This document shows, one piece after another, positions 19,372 to 29,083 of a stretch of 64,000 nucleotides of DNA. The stretch spans positions 84,164 to 148,163 of the forward strand of contig JAFGKD010000071.1 in NCBI GenBank assembly GCA_016928775.1, read 5' to 3'. Positions within the stretch are counted from its first letter, which is position 1, and each line of letters starts with the position of its first letter. The translations under genes and the position numbers were made by a program. This DNA comes from Candidatus Zhuqueibacterota bacterium (lineage in GTDB: Bacteria; Zhuqueibacterota; Zhuqueibacteria; Residuimicrobiales; Krinioviventaceae). The notes below the pieces were generated by a model, which did no database searches, was not told where the DNA came from, and saw only the letters and a program-made list of their open reading frames with translations.

Positions 19372-20883
19372 TTACCGGTCGCCCAATGCCGGCATGTGAA
19401 ACCGCTCGATTGAGGAGGGTTCATGTTCCTGTCGCAGAATCTCCTCCATCTTTTGCAGGATTTCGGGATGTTCAGCAGCCACGTTGGTTTGCTCCTGTAT
19501 GTCCTCAGCAAGATTGAAGAGTTCGATTTCCGTGTTTCCGCTCAAAATATCGCGCCGGATGGCTTTCCAATCCCCCATCCGCACGGCTTGCTGGCCGCCA
19601 TAGGCGGGGAATTCCCAATAGAGGTAGTCATGCTGTTTCTGGCTTTTTCTCAAAAGTCTTGGCAGGAAGCTGATGCCGTCAATATCATCGGGCGCGTCCA
19701 CGCCGGTGAGATGACACAGGGTTGGCAAAACATCGTAAAAAACGGATAGATGATCCGTCTGCGAACCGGCTTTGATTGTGCCCGGCCAGCTCGCGATCAT
19801 CGGCACGCGAATCCCGCCTTCGTAAACCGTTCCTTTGATGCGTCCCTGTTGTGAGATAAAAGGTTTGGCGCTGTCGAACCACTCGGCATCCGAGCCGCCG
19901 CCAATACCGGCGCCGTTGTCCGAGGTGAAGATGATCAACGTGTTCTCATACAGGTCAAGTTCTTTGAGCTTTTTTATCAGCAAGCCGACCTGTTCATCGA
20001 GATATGATACCATGGCAGCAAAAGTGGCGTGCGGATAACGACTGGGGCAGTAACCCTGTTGCCCCAGATAGGGCTCCTCGTCGCCAAACTTGGCCACATA
20101 ATAGTCCACCCATGCCTGCGGCGCCTGCAGGGGCACATGCGGTATGGGCGTGGCCCAATAGAGGAAAAAAGGTTCGTCTCGATTATTCTCGACAAAGTTG
20201 AGAATTTCATCAAACATCACATCCGGGGAATAGTCCGGCTGGCTAAAGTGCGCGTAGCTTTGGGGATCGTCTGGATTGGCGCCTTCGGGAAGCGGCGTGC
20301 CGGGAACATAAAGCTCGTTGTTGAGCCACACTTTTTCTTCGTTTTTCCATAAATGTTTGGGATAATAGGTATGCGCCTGTCTCTGACAATTATAGCCAAA
20401 GAAAAAATCAAAGCCTTGTTTGGTGGGTATTGCATGCGTCAACGGGCCTCCGAGTCCCCATTTGCCAACAAGAGCGGTTTTGTAACCGGCATCCTGCAAC
20501 AGTCTGGCGACGGTGACGGTGTTCTCCGGGATCGGATATTGGCCTTCGAGGTTCGGATCGTCAACCGCTTTTTGATAGTTCCACACCTCGCCTCGTTCAC
20601 CCCATTCGTGATTACCGCGGATGAAGGCATGCCCGGTATGTTTACCGGTCATCAGCACACAACGGGAGGGAGCGCACACCGGCGAGCCGGCATAGTGCTG
20701 GGTGAAGCGCATGCCCTGGCGCGCTAAATCGTCGATATTCGGCGTCTCGATCTTTTCCTGGCCGTAGCAGCCGAGGTCGCCGTAACCGAGATCATCCGCT
20801 AAAATAAAAATGATGTTTGGCGGCTGGACGAGCTGTGTGCAGCCCGCCAAAAAGAGCAGCAACAATAAACAAAACCGATTCAT
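19372..20883 (-). CDS. Arylsulfatase (S1), lipoprotein
   Basis: LAGC lipobox; PNIIFILADDLGYGD; CAPSR; GKWGLG; SDNG. Confidence 0.95.
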   Translation of the reverse strand: MNRFCLLLLLFLAGCTQLVQPPNIIFILADDLGYGDLGCYGQEKIETPNIDDLARQGMRFTQHYAGSPVCAPSRCVLMTGKHTGHAFIRGNHEWGERGEVWNYQKAVDDPNLEGQYPIPENTVTVARLLQDAGYKTALVGKWGLGGPLTHAIPTKQGFDFFFGYNCQRQAHTYYPKHLWKNEEKVWLNNELYVPGTPLPEGANPDDPQSYAHFSQPDYSPDVMFDEILNFVENNRDEPFFLYWATPIPHVPLQAPQAWVDYYVAKFGDEEPYLGQQGYCPSRYPHATFAAMVSYLDEQVGLLIKKLKELDLYENTLIIFTSDNGAGIGGGSDAEWFDSAKPFISQQGRIKGTVYEGGIRVPMIASWPGTIKAGSQTDHLSVFYDVLPTLCHLTGVDAPDDIDGISFLPRLLRKSQKQHDYLYWEFPAYGGQQAVRMGDWKAIRRDILSGNTEIELFNLAEDIQEQTNVAAEHPEILQKMEEILRQEHEPSSIERFHMPALGDR

Positions 20884-20904
20884 AATTTTTCCTCCGTTCG
20901 ATGG

Positions 20905-21858
20905 TTAGGCTTTTTCCGGCAAAACCCGAACGCCCGTCTCGTGCTGTTTTTTAATTGCCGCAACCTGAGCGCACAGGTGCTCAGCGATATTGGCGACAAT
21001 CTCATCCGGCACGCCATCAACATGTTTGGACTGCAGCCGCATGTCGCAGGCTTCGTTGACATAATCAACCACCACAAAACTGTTCGAGCGGCTCAGGCAG
21101 ATTTCGGTTGAGAAAAAATTCAGGCCGCATATCGCACTGATTTTTTCAGTGATCGAATAGAGCGATTGCAGACTATACTGCTCCACTTCTGCAGGATCTA
21201 ATATTTTATAAATTTGCGTCACATCGTTCCACCAGGCGCATTGTACCAGGCCGAAAGTATAAAAGCCGCGAAACCAGAAACGTCTGTTTTCAATGTGCAA
21301 GGGGATCACTTTTTCCTGTAAAAGGTATTTATCCGATTTAAACTGGCGTCTGGCGACCAGCACGTCATGCAGCGACTCGGCGCCATCCACGACGCCCAAA
21401 CCGCCTCCAGTGGTATTGGCCGGTTTGATGATAAACGGTCGCCCGAGATGCGCCAATTCGTCGGTTGAGAGCCAGATATCATTATTGTTGTCAAAAGAGT
21501 CGATGATGATGGTGTATGGCGTCTGCAATCCATTGGCGATAAACTCCAGATGCATGGTCGCCTTGTCCGATGCCCAACGCATTTTATCGAGAGGCTCTAT
21601 GACATGCGCCCGTTTGGCCAAAAGCCGCTGCAGACGGAAAAAATCTTCCGTGGTATCGGAGGCACGGTCAAACAGCACGAGGACATCGAGCGAATTCTTT
21701 TCGACAAGCTTGATGGTGTCGTCCAATTTGTCATGATTCACCACAAGAACCGTTAGATGTGCTTTTTCAGCCTCTTTAGCCATGAGCTGAACAAAATCGT
21801 TGTCATATTGCCAATCCGACGCAACGAGGAGGTCAATTTTTTTTGATGTTTCATCCAT
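20905..21858 (-). CDS. ATP-grasp domain protein
   Basis: DKATMH, PFIIKPANTTGGGLGV, YLLQE, VVDYVNE. Confidence 0.72.
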   Translation of the reverse strand: MDETSKKIDLLVASDWQYDNDFVQLMAKEAEKAHLTVLVVNHDKLDDTIKLVEKNSLDVLVLFDRASDTTEDFFRLQRLLAKRAHVIEPLDKMRWASDKATMHLEFIANGLQTPYTIIIDSFDNNNDIWLSTDELAHLGRPFIIKPANTTGGGLGVVDGAESLHDVLVARRQFKSDKYLLQEKVIPLHIENRRFWFRGFYTFGLVQCAWWNDVTQIYKILDPAEVEQYSLQSLYSITEKISAICGLNFFSTEICLSRSNSFVVVDYVNEACDMRLQSKHVDGVPDEIVANIAEHLCAQVAAIKKQHETGVRVLPEKA

Positions 21859-21954
21859 TAAAGATTGAGAATTCGATCATTGGCTTTTTGCATGTTGTTT
21901 GGATTTTGTTATTTATACAAGGTAATAAAACTGTGTTTTTTTAGCAAAGTTTAA

Positions 21955-22113
21955 AAGCCACGGATGTTCACGGATGAAACACGGATCATATCATTCATTT
22001 TAATCTTTTTTAACCTCCAGTCCCAAAACTTTCTCGAAGCAAAGCCGAAAAATCCGTGTTCATCCGTGTTCATCCGTGGCTTGTAATTTGGCTGCGGCCA
22101 AAGGCCGCGCCAA
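21955..22113. repeat. CACGGAT-unit inverted repeat followed by a GC-rich hairpin
   Basis: AAGCCACGGATGTTCACGGATGAAACACGGAT (21955-21986) pairs with ATCCGTGTTCATCCGTGTTCATCCGTGGCTT (22052-22082); then TTGGCTGCGGCC-AAA-GGCCGCGCCAA. Confidence 0.85.
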
Positions 22114-22211
22114 GCTGATCCGCGTGCATCAATAACTCAAAATTTGGTTGCAGCCTTTGGTCGCGCCAGGTGTTTCTGCGACATAAATGTCGCATCAACT
22201 CGTCAACTGGT

Positions 22212-23543
22212 TCATGCTTTTTTGATCTCGTCGCTGTTTTTTTGAATTTTGGCAATAGCATCAACAATATCATCCATATCTTCCTTTTTACCAAGCAGCA
22301 CTGTTTGAGGAAAAGCGACGGTTGTTTCGCAGACGAGCTTGTTGCCTTTCAAATCGTTCAAGCTGTCGCGGTATGCTTTGAGGCGCTGGTCGGAAAAAAG
22401 GCGTTTGTAGCCGCGAGAATTGATCGCTTCATCAATTAATCCGTCAAAGTATTGCTCGTGGTAGCCTCTGCCACACGGGATGCCTTCGGAATTCAACGCT
22501 TGAATAAATTTATCTATTGGCAATCCGCTGAAGGATTCGGAATGATACCGAACGGGAAAGAGATGCCAGACTGCTGTGGCGTTTTCCGGCACTTTTGCCG
22601 GCTGGATGCCGGCGACGTTCCTGAGTTGTGCGGACAGATAGTCGGCATTTTGTTGCCGTGTGGCGGTCTCTTTTTTCAGCTTGTCAATTTGCTGAATCAA
22701 CATCGTTGCTTGTATTTGCTGCATGCGCCGGTTGCTGCCGCGGGTGAAATATTGTCTTTCACCGCTTGAACTGCCATAGGCCCGGCCGCAATTGTGAAAG
22801 GAATGGCAACGATCCATGATGCTATCGTCATTGCCGGTGATTGCACCGCCTTCGCCGGTCGGCAGGTGTTTTGAATTTTGAAAGCTAAAGCAGCCAAGAT
22901 CGCCGAGATTACCACATTTCGCGCCCTGATATTCGGCTAACCATGCCTGGCACGCATCTTCAATGACGGCCAGATTGTGCGTTTTGGCGATTGTATTGAT
23001 CGGCTGCATGTCGCACGGCAAACCATAGATATGCACCGGCATGATCGCTTTGGTTCGATCAGTAATACGAGATTCTATGTCCTGCGGATTGATTGTCCAC
23101 GTTTCGGGATCTGTATCAGCAAAAACCGGCAAGGCTTTGCTCAACAAGATTGAATTGTAGCTGGCGATAAAGGTGAACGGCGAGACAATCACCTCGTCAC
23201 CGGCATCGACCCCGAGGACGTGCATGCAGACTAACAGGGCCGTCGTACCGCTGGCAGTTGCGAGACAGCGTTTGGTACCGATGAGCTCGGCGTAGGCTTT
23301 TTCAAATTCCTCCACATGGTCGCCGCGGCCACGCCACCAGCGGCCGCTGCGCAGAATCTCCAGAATTTTGGGCTCCCACTCGCGTCGCCATTCCGGCCAT
23401 TTTGGCCATGACTGCGTACGTACTGGCGTCCCGCCCAATAAGACTGGCTTTTCCCGGGCAGAGACGACCGTCGGGCCAGCAGCCAGCGCCGCTGATCCCA
23501 CCGCGGCAGTTTGCATAAAATGTCGTCGTGATACTCTGTGCAT
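22212..23543 (-). CDS. DegT/DnrJ/EryC1/StrS family PLP aminotransferase with Tat signal
   Basis: SRRHFM Tat motif; SGTTAL, GDEVIV, IEDACQA, FSFQNSKHLPTGEGG. Confidence 0.92.
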   Translation of the reverse strand: MHRVSRRHFMQTAAVGSAALAAGPTVVSAREKPVLLGGTPVRTQSWPKWPEWRREWEPKILEILRSGRWWRGRGDHVEEFEKAYAELIGTKRCLATASGTTALLVCMHVLGVDAGDEVIVSPFTFIASYNSILLSKALPVFADTDPETWTINPQDIESRITDRTKAIMPVHIYGLPCDMQPINTIAKTHNLAVIEDACQAWLAEYQGAKCGNLGDLGCFSFQNSKHLPTGEGGAITGNDDSIMDRCHSFHNCGRAYGSSSGERQYFTRGSNRRMQQIQATMLIQQIDKLKKETATRQQNADYLSAQLRNVAGIQPAKVPENATAVWHLFPVRYHSESFSGLPIDKFIQALNSEGIPCGRGYHEQYFDGLIDEAINSRGYKRLFSDQRLKAYRDSLNDLKGNKLVCETTVAFPQTVLLGKKEDMDDIVDAIAKIQKNSDEIKKA

Positions 23544-23663
23544 GTCTCCTCCTGATAAAATAATGCACCGTGATTGTCCGTGGTGTCAATTCCTGGTTTG
23601 AAATGACCATTGGTCTGCATCTGTGCGGCAAGGAAACGAGATCTTTTTTTTGCAATGTTTATG

Positions 23664-23712
23664 AGCCACGGATTTTCACGGATGAAACACGGATCATATC
23701 TTTCATTTTTAA
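23664..23712. repeat. Truncated second copy (left arm) of the CACGGAT element
   Basis: AGCCACGGATTTTCACGGATGAAACACGGATCATATCTTTCATTTTTAA nearly identical to 21956-22003. Confidence 0.85.
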
Positions 23713-24782
23713 CGTATTACCTGCACAATGCACCAGCTTTCCTCGCCCAACTGGACGCCAGTTATCAGATGCGTCGGCTCGCCGTCAAATTTACGTTCCG
23801 GCGGATTATCCAAATTGAGCAGTTCCGGTCGTTCGCGGCGATCGAACGTTGTACTTGTGCCATCCGTCCATGTGATGGTGTGTCTATAAACTTTGATATC
23901 CTTATGCCGGCGCCAGCACAAGCCGTCGCTGGAAACGAGATGCGCGCCGTGACGCACATCGCCGGTCAATCCGCCAACATTGTCTTCAACAACCAGATTG
24001 TATCTGTTATGGTGATAGAACAACGTTCCATCTTCCAGTTTCACATCAGGAACGAGATTCGCTGCAACAATCTGGTAGCGACCGTCAAAGTGAGCCGCTT
24101 CAGCCATAAACATGGTCAGGTCACGATCGCGAAAGTTCAAGAGCACGCGACCATCATGAAACACATAGGGTGCGGGATTATTGGCATCGTCGGTTAATAA
24201 AATATGCTGATCGATACGATGCCACGGACCCGCTATCGACTCGGCCCAGGCAAAGCCAATTTTACGCTCAGACTGCTGCGGCGACCGGCCAATATAATAG
24301 AGCACATATTTGTCGCCTATCTTGACAATTTTCGGATTATGGCACATCTGGCCGTCCCAAAAATTTTCGCCGCGTCCAGCCAAGACGACCTGAACAAATT
24401 GGTACGGACCCAATGGATCATCCGAAACAGCGCGTACAATTTCTGAATGATTTCGATAATTTCCAAGCATGCTCACGTTGCCCCGATCTTCTGCATCAAC
24501 GCCAAGGGACTCCCAGGTAGGCCACCGGGAGGCGAAAAGATGATATTGATTGTCGACTTTGATGAGCGATCCACCCCAGACAAAATAACCACGCATACGA
24601 AATCCGGCGTCACGCGGGACGGGCTGGAGACGATCTAAAATTGGCGCTGGTGTACGGGAACTGCATGCGAAAAAAGTGAGGCACAGAAGAGTCAATATGA
24701 TATGCTGAAAGAAAGCCCGAACCAAAAACGATGTCGCCCTGGCATGGCGTACTTTGTATGTGATCTCGATGTGCGGTCTCAT
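23709..24782 (-). CDS. Five-bladed beta-propeller glycoside hydrolase (GH43/62/32/68/117/130-like), lipoprotein
   Basis: VWGGSLIK..YHLFASRWP, HNPKI, NNPA, EDG, RRERP; FFAC lipobox; ATG 24782 overlaps the upstream stop (ATGA). Confidence 0.8.
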   Translation of the reverse strand: MRPHIEITYKVRHARATSFLVRAFFQHIILTLLCLTFFACSSRTPAPILDRLQPVPRDAGFRMRGYFVWGGSLIKVDNQYHLFASRWPTWESLGVDAEDRGNVSMLGNYRNHSEIVRAVSDDPLGPYQFVQVVLAGRGENFWDGQMCHNPKIVKIGDKYVLYYIGRSPQQSERKIGFAWAESIAGPWHRIDQHILLTDDANNPAPYVFHDGRVLLNFRDRDLTMFMAEAAHFDGRYQIVAANLVPDVKLEDGTLFYHHNRYNLVVEDNVGGLTGDVRHGAHLVSSDGLCWRRHKDIKVYRHTITWTDGTSTTFDRRERPELLNLDNPPERKFDGEPTHLITGVQLGEESWCIVQVIR

Positions 24783-25495
24783 TTTTTCTCCAGCCAAAAG
24801 TCAAAATTGGCCAGGCCCAGGTCTTCATGAATCGACTCGGGATTAGACAGGGTGAGGGTAAATGTCGCCAGTTCCCCGGCTGTGAGAGAAATTGGCGATA
24901 GCTTTTTCGTATATTTTATTTGCGGGGTGAACTCCCGGTTATCTCCATAAAAAATTGATGCGCTTGACCAGCGTGTCACATTGTGCCAGCGTTCTATGGT
25001 CTTTAGGTACCAGGTGACGATCGGATTTATGCCCGAGGTGCGTCCATGGGTGGCGCCGAGACTGCAACGACCAAAGCCGCCCAGCCTGTATAATCTGTCT
25101 AACTGAAGATTAGCCTGGTCGCTGGGCAGCACCCCCGGCTGTGTCGCGTCGAGGGTAAAAACTGTATCTTGATCGTTTATCTTGAGAAAAAGCGTCCTGT
25201 TGATTTCCTGGTCAATGTAGCGCATCACAGGTTGATAGACAACGTTTTCATCGGACTGCTGGTGCTCTTCTTTGGGAATATTGCCGTACGCCCGGATTTG
25301 TTCGCTGTAGCCTTTGGTGACGCGTTCGCCATTCCATTCACCACCCAGCATGGAATACAATCCCCAGTGGATAAACGTGGAAAATTTTTGATCGTGCCAA
25401 TGCTCGAATGCCTTTTCTTTAGAGTGCGGTTGCGAGTCACATGTACAGATCATGAGCGAAAAGGAGAGTGCAAAAATCGCAAGAAGATATTTCAT
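24779..25495 (-). pseudogene. GH29 alpha-L-fucosidase-like gene with an in-frame internal deletion
   Basis: Signal plus WHDQKFSTFIHWGLYSMLGGEWNG..GYSEQI, then an abrupt switch; HHDGF and WFD catalytic motifs absent; only about 238 aa. Confidence 0.7.
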
Positions 25496-25677
25496 AATTT
25501 TCCTGTCGTTTGATCCGCTCAAAGATAAATGACTTTGATGTCCAAGTCAAGGATTGTCTTGTGCCTGGATTGATATGTATGGTTCATTCGAATCATGCGC
25601 ATTTTACCACCGAATCTTTAATAGACATGTTGGGAGCAAAAACATCAAAAAGTTATTGAAAAGTTACCTCTGAATAA

Positions 25678-27126
25678 TTATTTCACCAGCGGATCTGCCA
25701 ATTCTTTTTGCAGATGTAACAATTTGGCACGCAGTTCATTTATCTTTCGCTCATATTGCGGATCGCCGGCCAAATCAACCATCTCCAAAGGATCTTTTTC
25801 AAGATTATACAGGATCGTTTTATCGATTTTGGGATAATAAATCAATTTGAATGTCCCGTCACACACCATGCGTTGCACATCAATATAACCGCCATAGATG
25901 AGATCATAGTTTTTCTGCTTTTTGCCGTGGATGAGCGGCATCAGGCTGTGGAAATCGACGTCATCCGGTTTTGTAATGCCGGCCAGCTCAAGAGCAGACG
26001 GCATAATGTCCTGCAGATAAACCGGTGTTTCGATCTTTGTATTTTTCTTCACACCAGGTCCAGACACAAACAATGGGACGCGCACGCTGTGATCGTACAT
26101 GTTTTGTTTGCCCATCAAACCATGTCGGCCGCATGCCAAACCATGATCAGCGGTGAAAAAGATATAGGTGTTATCCGCTTTGCCGCTCGCTGCCAGGGCA
26201 TCGAGAATACGACCGACCTGGGCGTCCATGTGGGTGATAATGGCATAATACTCCTGGCGATGTACTTTGACGGCGTACTCGGTGCGAGGAAAAGGCGCGA
26301 GCCGTTCATCGCGCAAATCTTTGCCGCACCCGATGGCTTCTTTTTCCGGATAAAGCGGCTGATAATTTTTGGGCAACGGAATGGTATCGAGCGGATATCG
26401 ATCAACGTATTCTTTCGGAGACTGTCGGGGATCGTGCGGCGCATTAAAGGCGAGATACATAAAAAACGGCGTGTCCTTGTCTTTGGTCTGGTTGAAAAAA
26501 TCGATGGCATGATTGCCTAATACCTGACTCCAGTGTGTGCCGCCCTCCCAGTAGCCGCCCAGCGACGTGTCATAGGGAGACCAGGCATCCGGTTCGTTCT
26601 CTATTGGACGGTCATACCCCGGGTGGTGTTTGGCCGGATTTTCCCAGTCAAAATAATCTTTTGGCATACCGGGGCGAACATCGCGAACATGATCGTAAAT
26701 GTCGTGTGGATTTATATCTTTGACGTGCCACTTGCCGCTCATATAGGTTTCATAACCGGCGTTTTTCATAAATTGCGACCAGAACCGCCCATTTTCCTGT
26801 TCGGATTTGAGCTCCGGTTCAAGCTCCTTCGCTTCCCACAAAAATCTGCCGGTATTGAGCATCGTCCGGCTTGCCACGCAGACCGCTCCGTGCCAGGCAC
26901 CCATATTGTAAGCATGCGTAAAGGTGACACCATTTCGCACGAGACGGTCCAGGTTGGGTGTCTGGACATCAGTGTAACCCAGGGCATTGATGGTATCAAA
27001 AGCCTGATCATCGGCAAAGATGAATAGAATGTTTGGCTGTTTTTTCTGAACCAGTTTCGCGCAGCCGGACAGGAACAGAAACCCGGCACAACCGGCAGAT
27101 GTTTTGAGGAAACGGCGACGGTTCAT
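25678..27126 (-). CDS. Tat-exported sulfatase (choline-sulfatase-like S1, CxAxR motif)
   Basis: NRRRFL; PNILFIFADD; CVASR; GKWH; ADHG. Confidence 0.92.
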   Translation of the reverse strand: MNRRRFLKTSAGCAGFLFLSGCAKLVQKKQPNILFIFADDQAFDTINALGYTDVQTPNLDRLVRNGVTFTHAYNMGAWHGAVCVASRTMLNTGRFLWEAKELEPELKSEQENGRFWSQFMKNAGYETYMSGKWHVKDINPHDIYDHVRDVRPGMPKDYFDWENPAKHHPGYDRPIENEPDAWSPYDTSLGGYWEGGTHWSQVLGNHAIDFFNQTKDKDTPFFMYLAFNAPHDPRQSPKEYVDRYPLDTIPLPKNYQPLYPEKEAIGCGKDLRDERLAPFPRTEYAVKVHRQEYYAIITHMDAQVGRILDALAASGKADNTYIFFTADHGLACGRHGLMGKQNMYDHSVRVPLFVSGPGVKKNTKIETPVYLQDIMPSALELAGITKPDDVDFHSLMPLIHGKKQKNYDLIYGGYIDVQRMVCDGTFKLIYYPKIDKTILYNLEKDPLEMVDLAGDPQYERKINELRAKLLHLQKELADPLVK

Positions 27127-27247
27127 ATAATTCTCCTCAAATCCACTCTAATCAATTTTTGTAGTTTTGTGTCTTCGTGTGAGTGAATTTTTCAAGCTAA
27201 ATATTTTGCCTCAGCGTCTTTTGTGTGCGAACGGCAACTGGTCAGTT

Positions 27248-28579
27248 TTAATATGTATGTCCATGTACTTTTGACGTTCGAAAGCCAAAGACAACAATGA
27301 CCACAAAACAGAGCATCGGCAGGACAAACGAGATCCGGGTACTCGATATGCTAAAGAGACCAAGATGAAAATCGCTCATATCCATGATCGCAGCTTGCAG
27401 CGGTGGCATAATGGAGCCGCCGCCAATGGCCATGATCAAACCGGCAGCACCGAGTTTCGCATCATCCCCAAGTCCTTTGAGGGCAATCCCGTAGATCGTC
27501 GGGAACATAAGGGACATACAGGCGGATACGGCGATCAGACAATAAAGACCAACCATGCCATGAAAGAAAATTGTTCCCAGGATCAAGGCAAAACCACCAA
27601 TTGCCAGGCTCATTAAAAGTCCACCCGGGCTGAAATATTTCAACAAATAGGTGCAAATGAACCGGCTGGTGCAAAAGATCGACATAGCGATGATATTGTA
27701 TCCCTGCGCCGTTTCCTTGGCCATACCGAGCTCATTCATAGCGTATTGAATGATGAATGTCCAGCACATAATCTGAGCACCCACGTAAAAAGTTTGGGCG
27801 ATCACGCCTTCAGTGTATTTTTTATTCGCCCACAATCGTCTGAGTGTTTTGCCGACGTTGAGTTGTCTATCTTCCTCTCCTTTACTACGCGGCAGTTTCG
27901 ATATCAAAAATACGAGAAAAAAGATCAAAACAATCAGACCAATCGCAACATACGGACCGCGCAGCACACTGAGATCATGCACTTGCAATGCCTGGAACTG
28001 TTGTGGTGCTGTTTGCTGCAAGATTTCTCGCTCCGCCTCCGAGGTTTTGTCCAGACGTGCGAGAATGAGCTGCTGCGCGACAAACATGCCGGTGAGTGAT
28101 CCGATAGGATTGAACGCCTGGGAAAAATTCAATCGACGGGTTGCGTTCTCTTCCGGCCCCATCGCGAGCACATAGGGATTGGCGCTGGTTTCTAAAAAGG
28201 AGAGTCCGCAGGTCAATATAAAATAGGAAATTAAAAAAGCCCAAAAGGCCATGAGATGACTGGATGGAATGAACAACAACGCTCCAATGGAATAGAGTGC
28301 CAGGCCCACCAGAATACCGCTCTTGTAGGTGAAACGTTTGATGAATAATGCCGCTGGTATGGCCATAACGCAGTAACCACCGTAAAAAGCAAACTGTACC
28401 AATGAGCTCTCAAAATGACTGATCAGCATAATTTGTTTGAACGCTGCCACCATTGGATTTGTCACGTCGTTGGCAAATCCCCAGAGGGCAAACAAACTGG
28501 TAACAAGAATAAACGGGTAGAGTATCTCTTGCGGGATAACGCTCTTTTTCTCAACATTGACTGCGGTGATTTCGGCCAT
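27248..28579 (-). CDS. fucP: L-fucose:H+ symporter family MFS permease
   Basis: SLFALWGFAND, VQFAFYGGY, LETSANPY, RRLNFSQAFNPIG, MFPTIYGIAL. Confidence 0.92.
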   Translation of the reverse strand: MAEITAVNVEKKSVIPQEILYPFILVTSLFALWGFANDVTNPMVAAFKQIMLISHFESSLVQFAFYGGYCVMAIPAALFIKRFTYKSGILVGLALYSIGALLFIPSSHLMAFWAFLISYFILTCGLSFLETSANPYVLAMGPEENATRRLNFSQAFNPIGSLTGMFVAQQLILARLDKTSEAEREILQQTAPQQFQALQVHDLSVLRGPYVAIGLIVLIFFLVFLISKLPRSKGEEDRQLNVGKTLRRLWANKKYTEGVIAQTFYVGAQIMCWTFIIQYAMNELGMAKETAQGYNIIAMSIFCTSRFICTYLLKYFSPGGLLMSLAIGGFALILGTIFFHGMVGLYCLIAVSACMSLMFPTIYGIALKGLGDDAKLGAAGLIMAIGGGSIMPPLQAAIMDMSDFHLGLFSISSTRISFVLPMLCFVVIVVFGFRTSKVHGHTY

Positions 28580-28605
28580 ATAGGTGTTCCTCTCGATTGA
28601 TTTCT

Positions 28606-29001
28606 CTAAATTTCTTTCCTGTATCCTTGTTCGGGCGTTGACTCTTCTTGTTGATCCATCTCAAAAATGCGCTGCAAAAGCTGCCATTTTTCACCCGCAG
28701 AAGTCTCGGTGCCAGTCTTTTGAAATTTGGCAACATGCGCCTCCCATTTCGCTTGCCCTGGCAAAGTGGCCAGTTTGGCCATTGCCGTATCGTGTTGAAA
28801 ATCCGGAGTTGTGTCCATGATCATAAAAAGCCGGGTACCCGCAATATAAATTTCCATATCAATGATACCGACGTCTTTCATTCCCCGGGTAATCTCCGGC
28901 CAAACTGCACCCCTGGCATGGACCTTTTTGTATTCCTCAATGAGCGCTGGATCGTCGCGCAGTTTTAATGTTTTGCAGTAACGCTTGAATCGTGTTGACA
29001 T
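28606..29001 (-). CDS. L-rhamnose/L-fucose-type mutarotase
   Basis: EEYKKVH..VWPEI..GIIDMEIY..RLFM, KWE. Confidence 0.88.
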   Translation of the reverse strand: MSTRFKRYCKTLKLRDDPALIEEYKKVHARGAVWPEITRGMKDVGIIDMEIYIAGTRLFMIMDTTPDFQHDTAMAKLATLPGQAKWEAHVAKFQKTGTETSAGEKWQLLQRIFEMDQQEESTPEQGYRKEI

Positions 29002-29083
29002 ATTGACTCCTGTAGATTGCGTCTTAGCTGGAAATATCTTGAATTTGATATGAGCTTTGAATTGATTTATTCGTTGAAAGGAT

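Noticed and set aside
21955..22082. CACGGAT repeats as iterons or a mini-CRISPR
   Set aside because: Arranged as an inverted pair, with no rep or cas gene nearby
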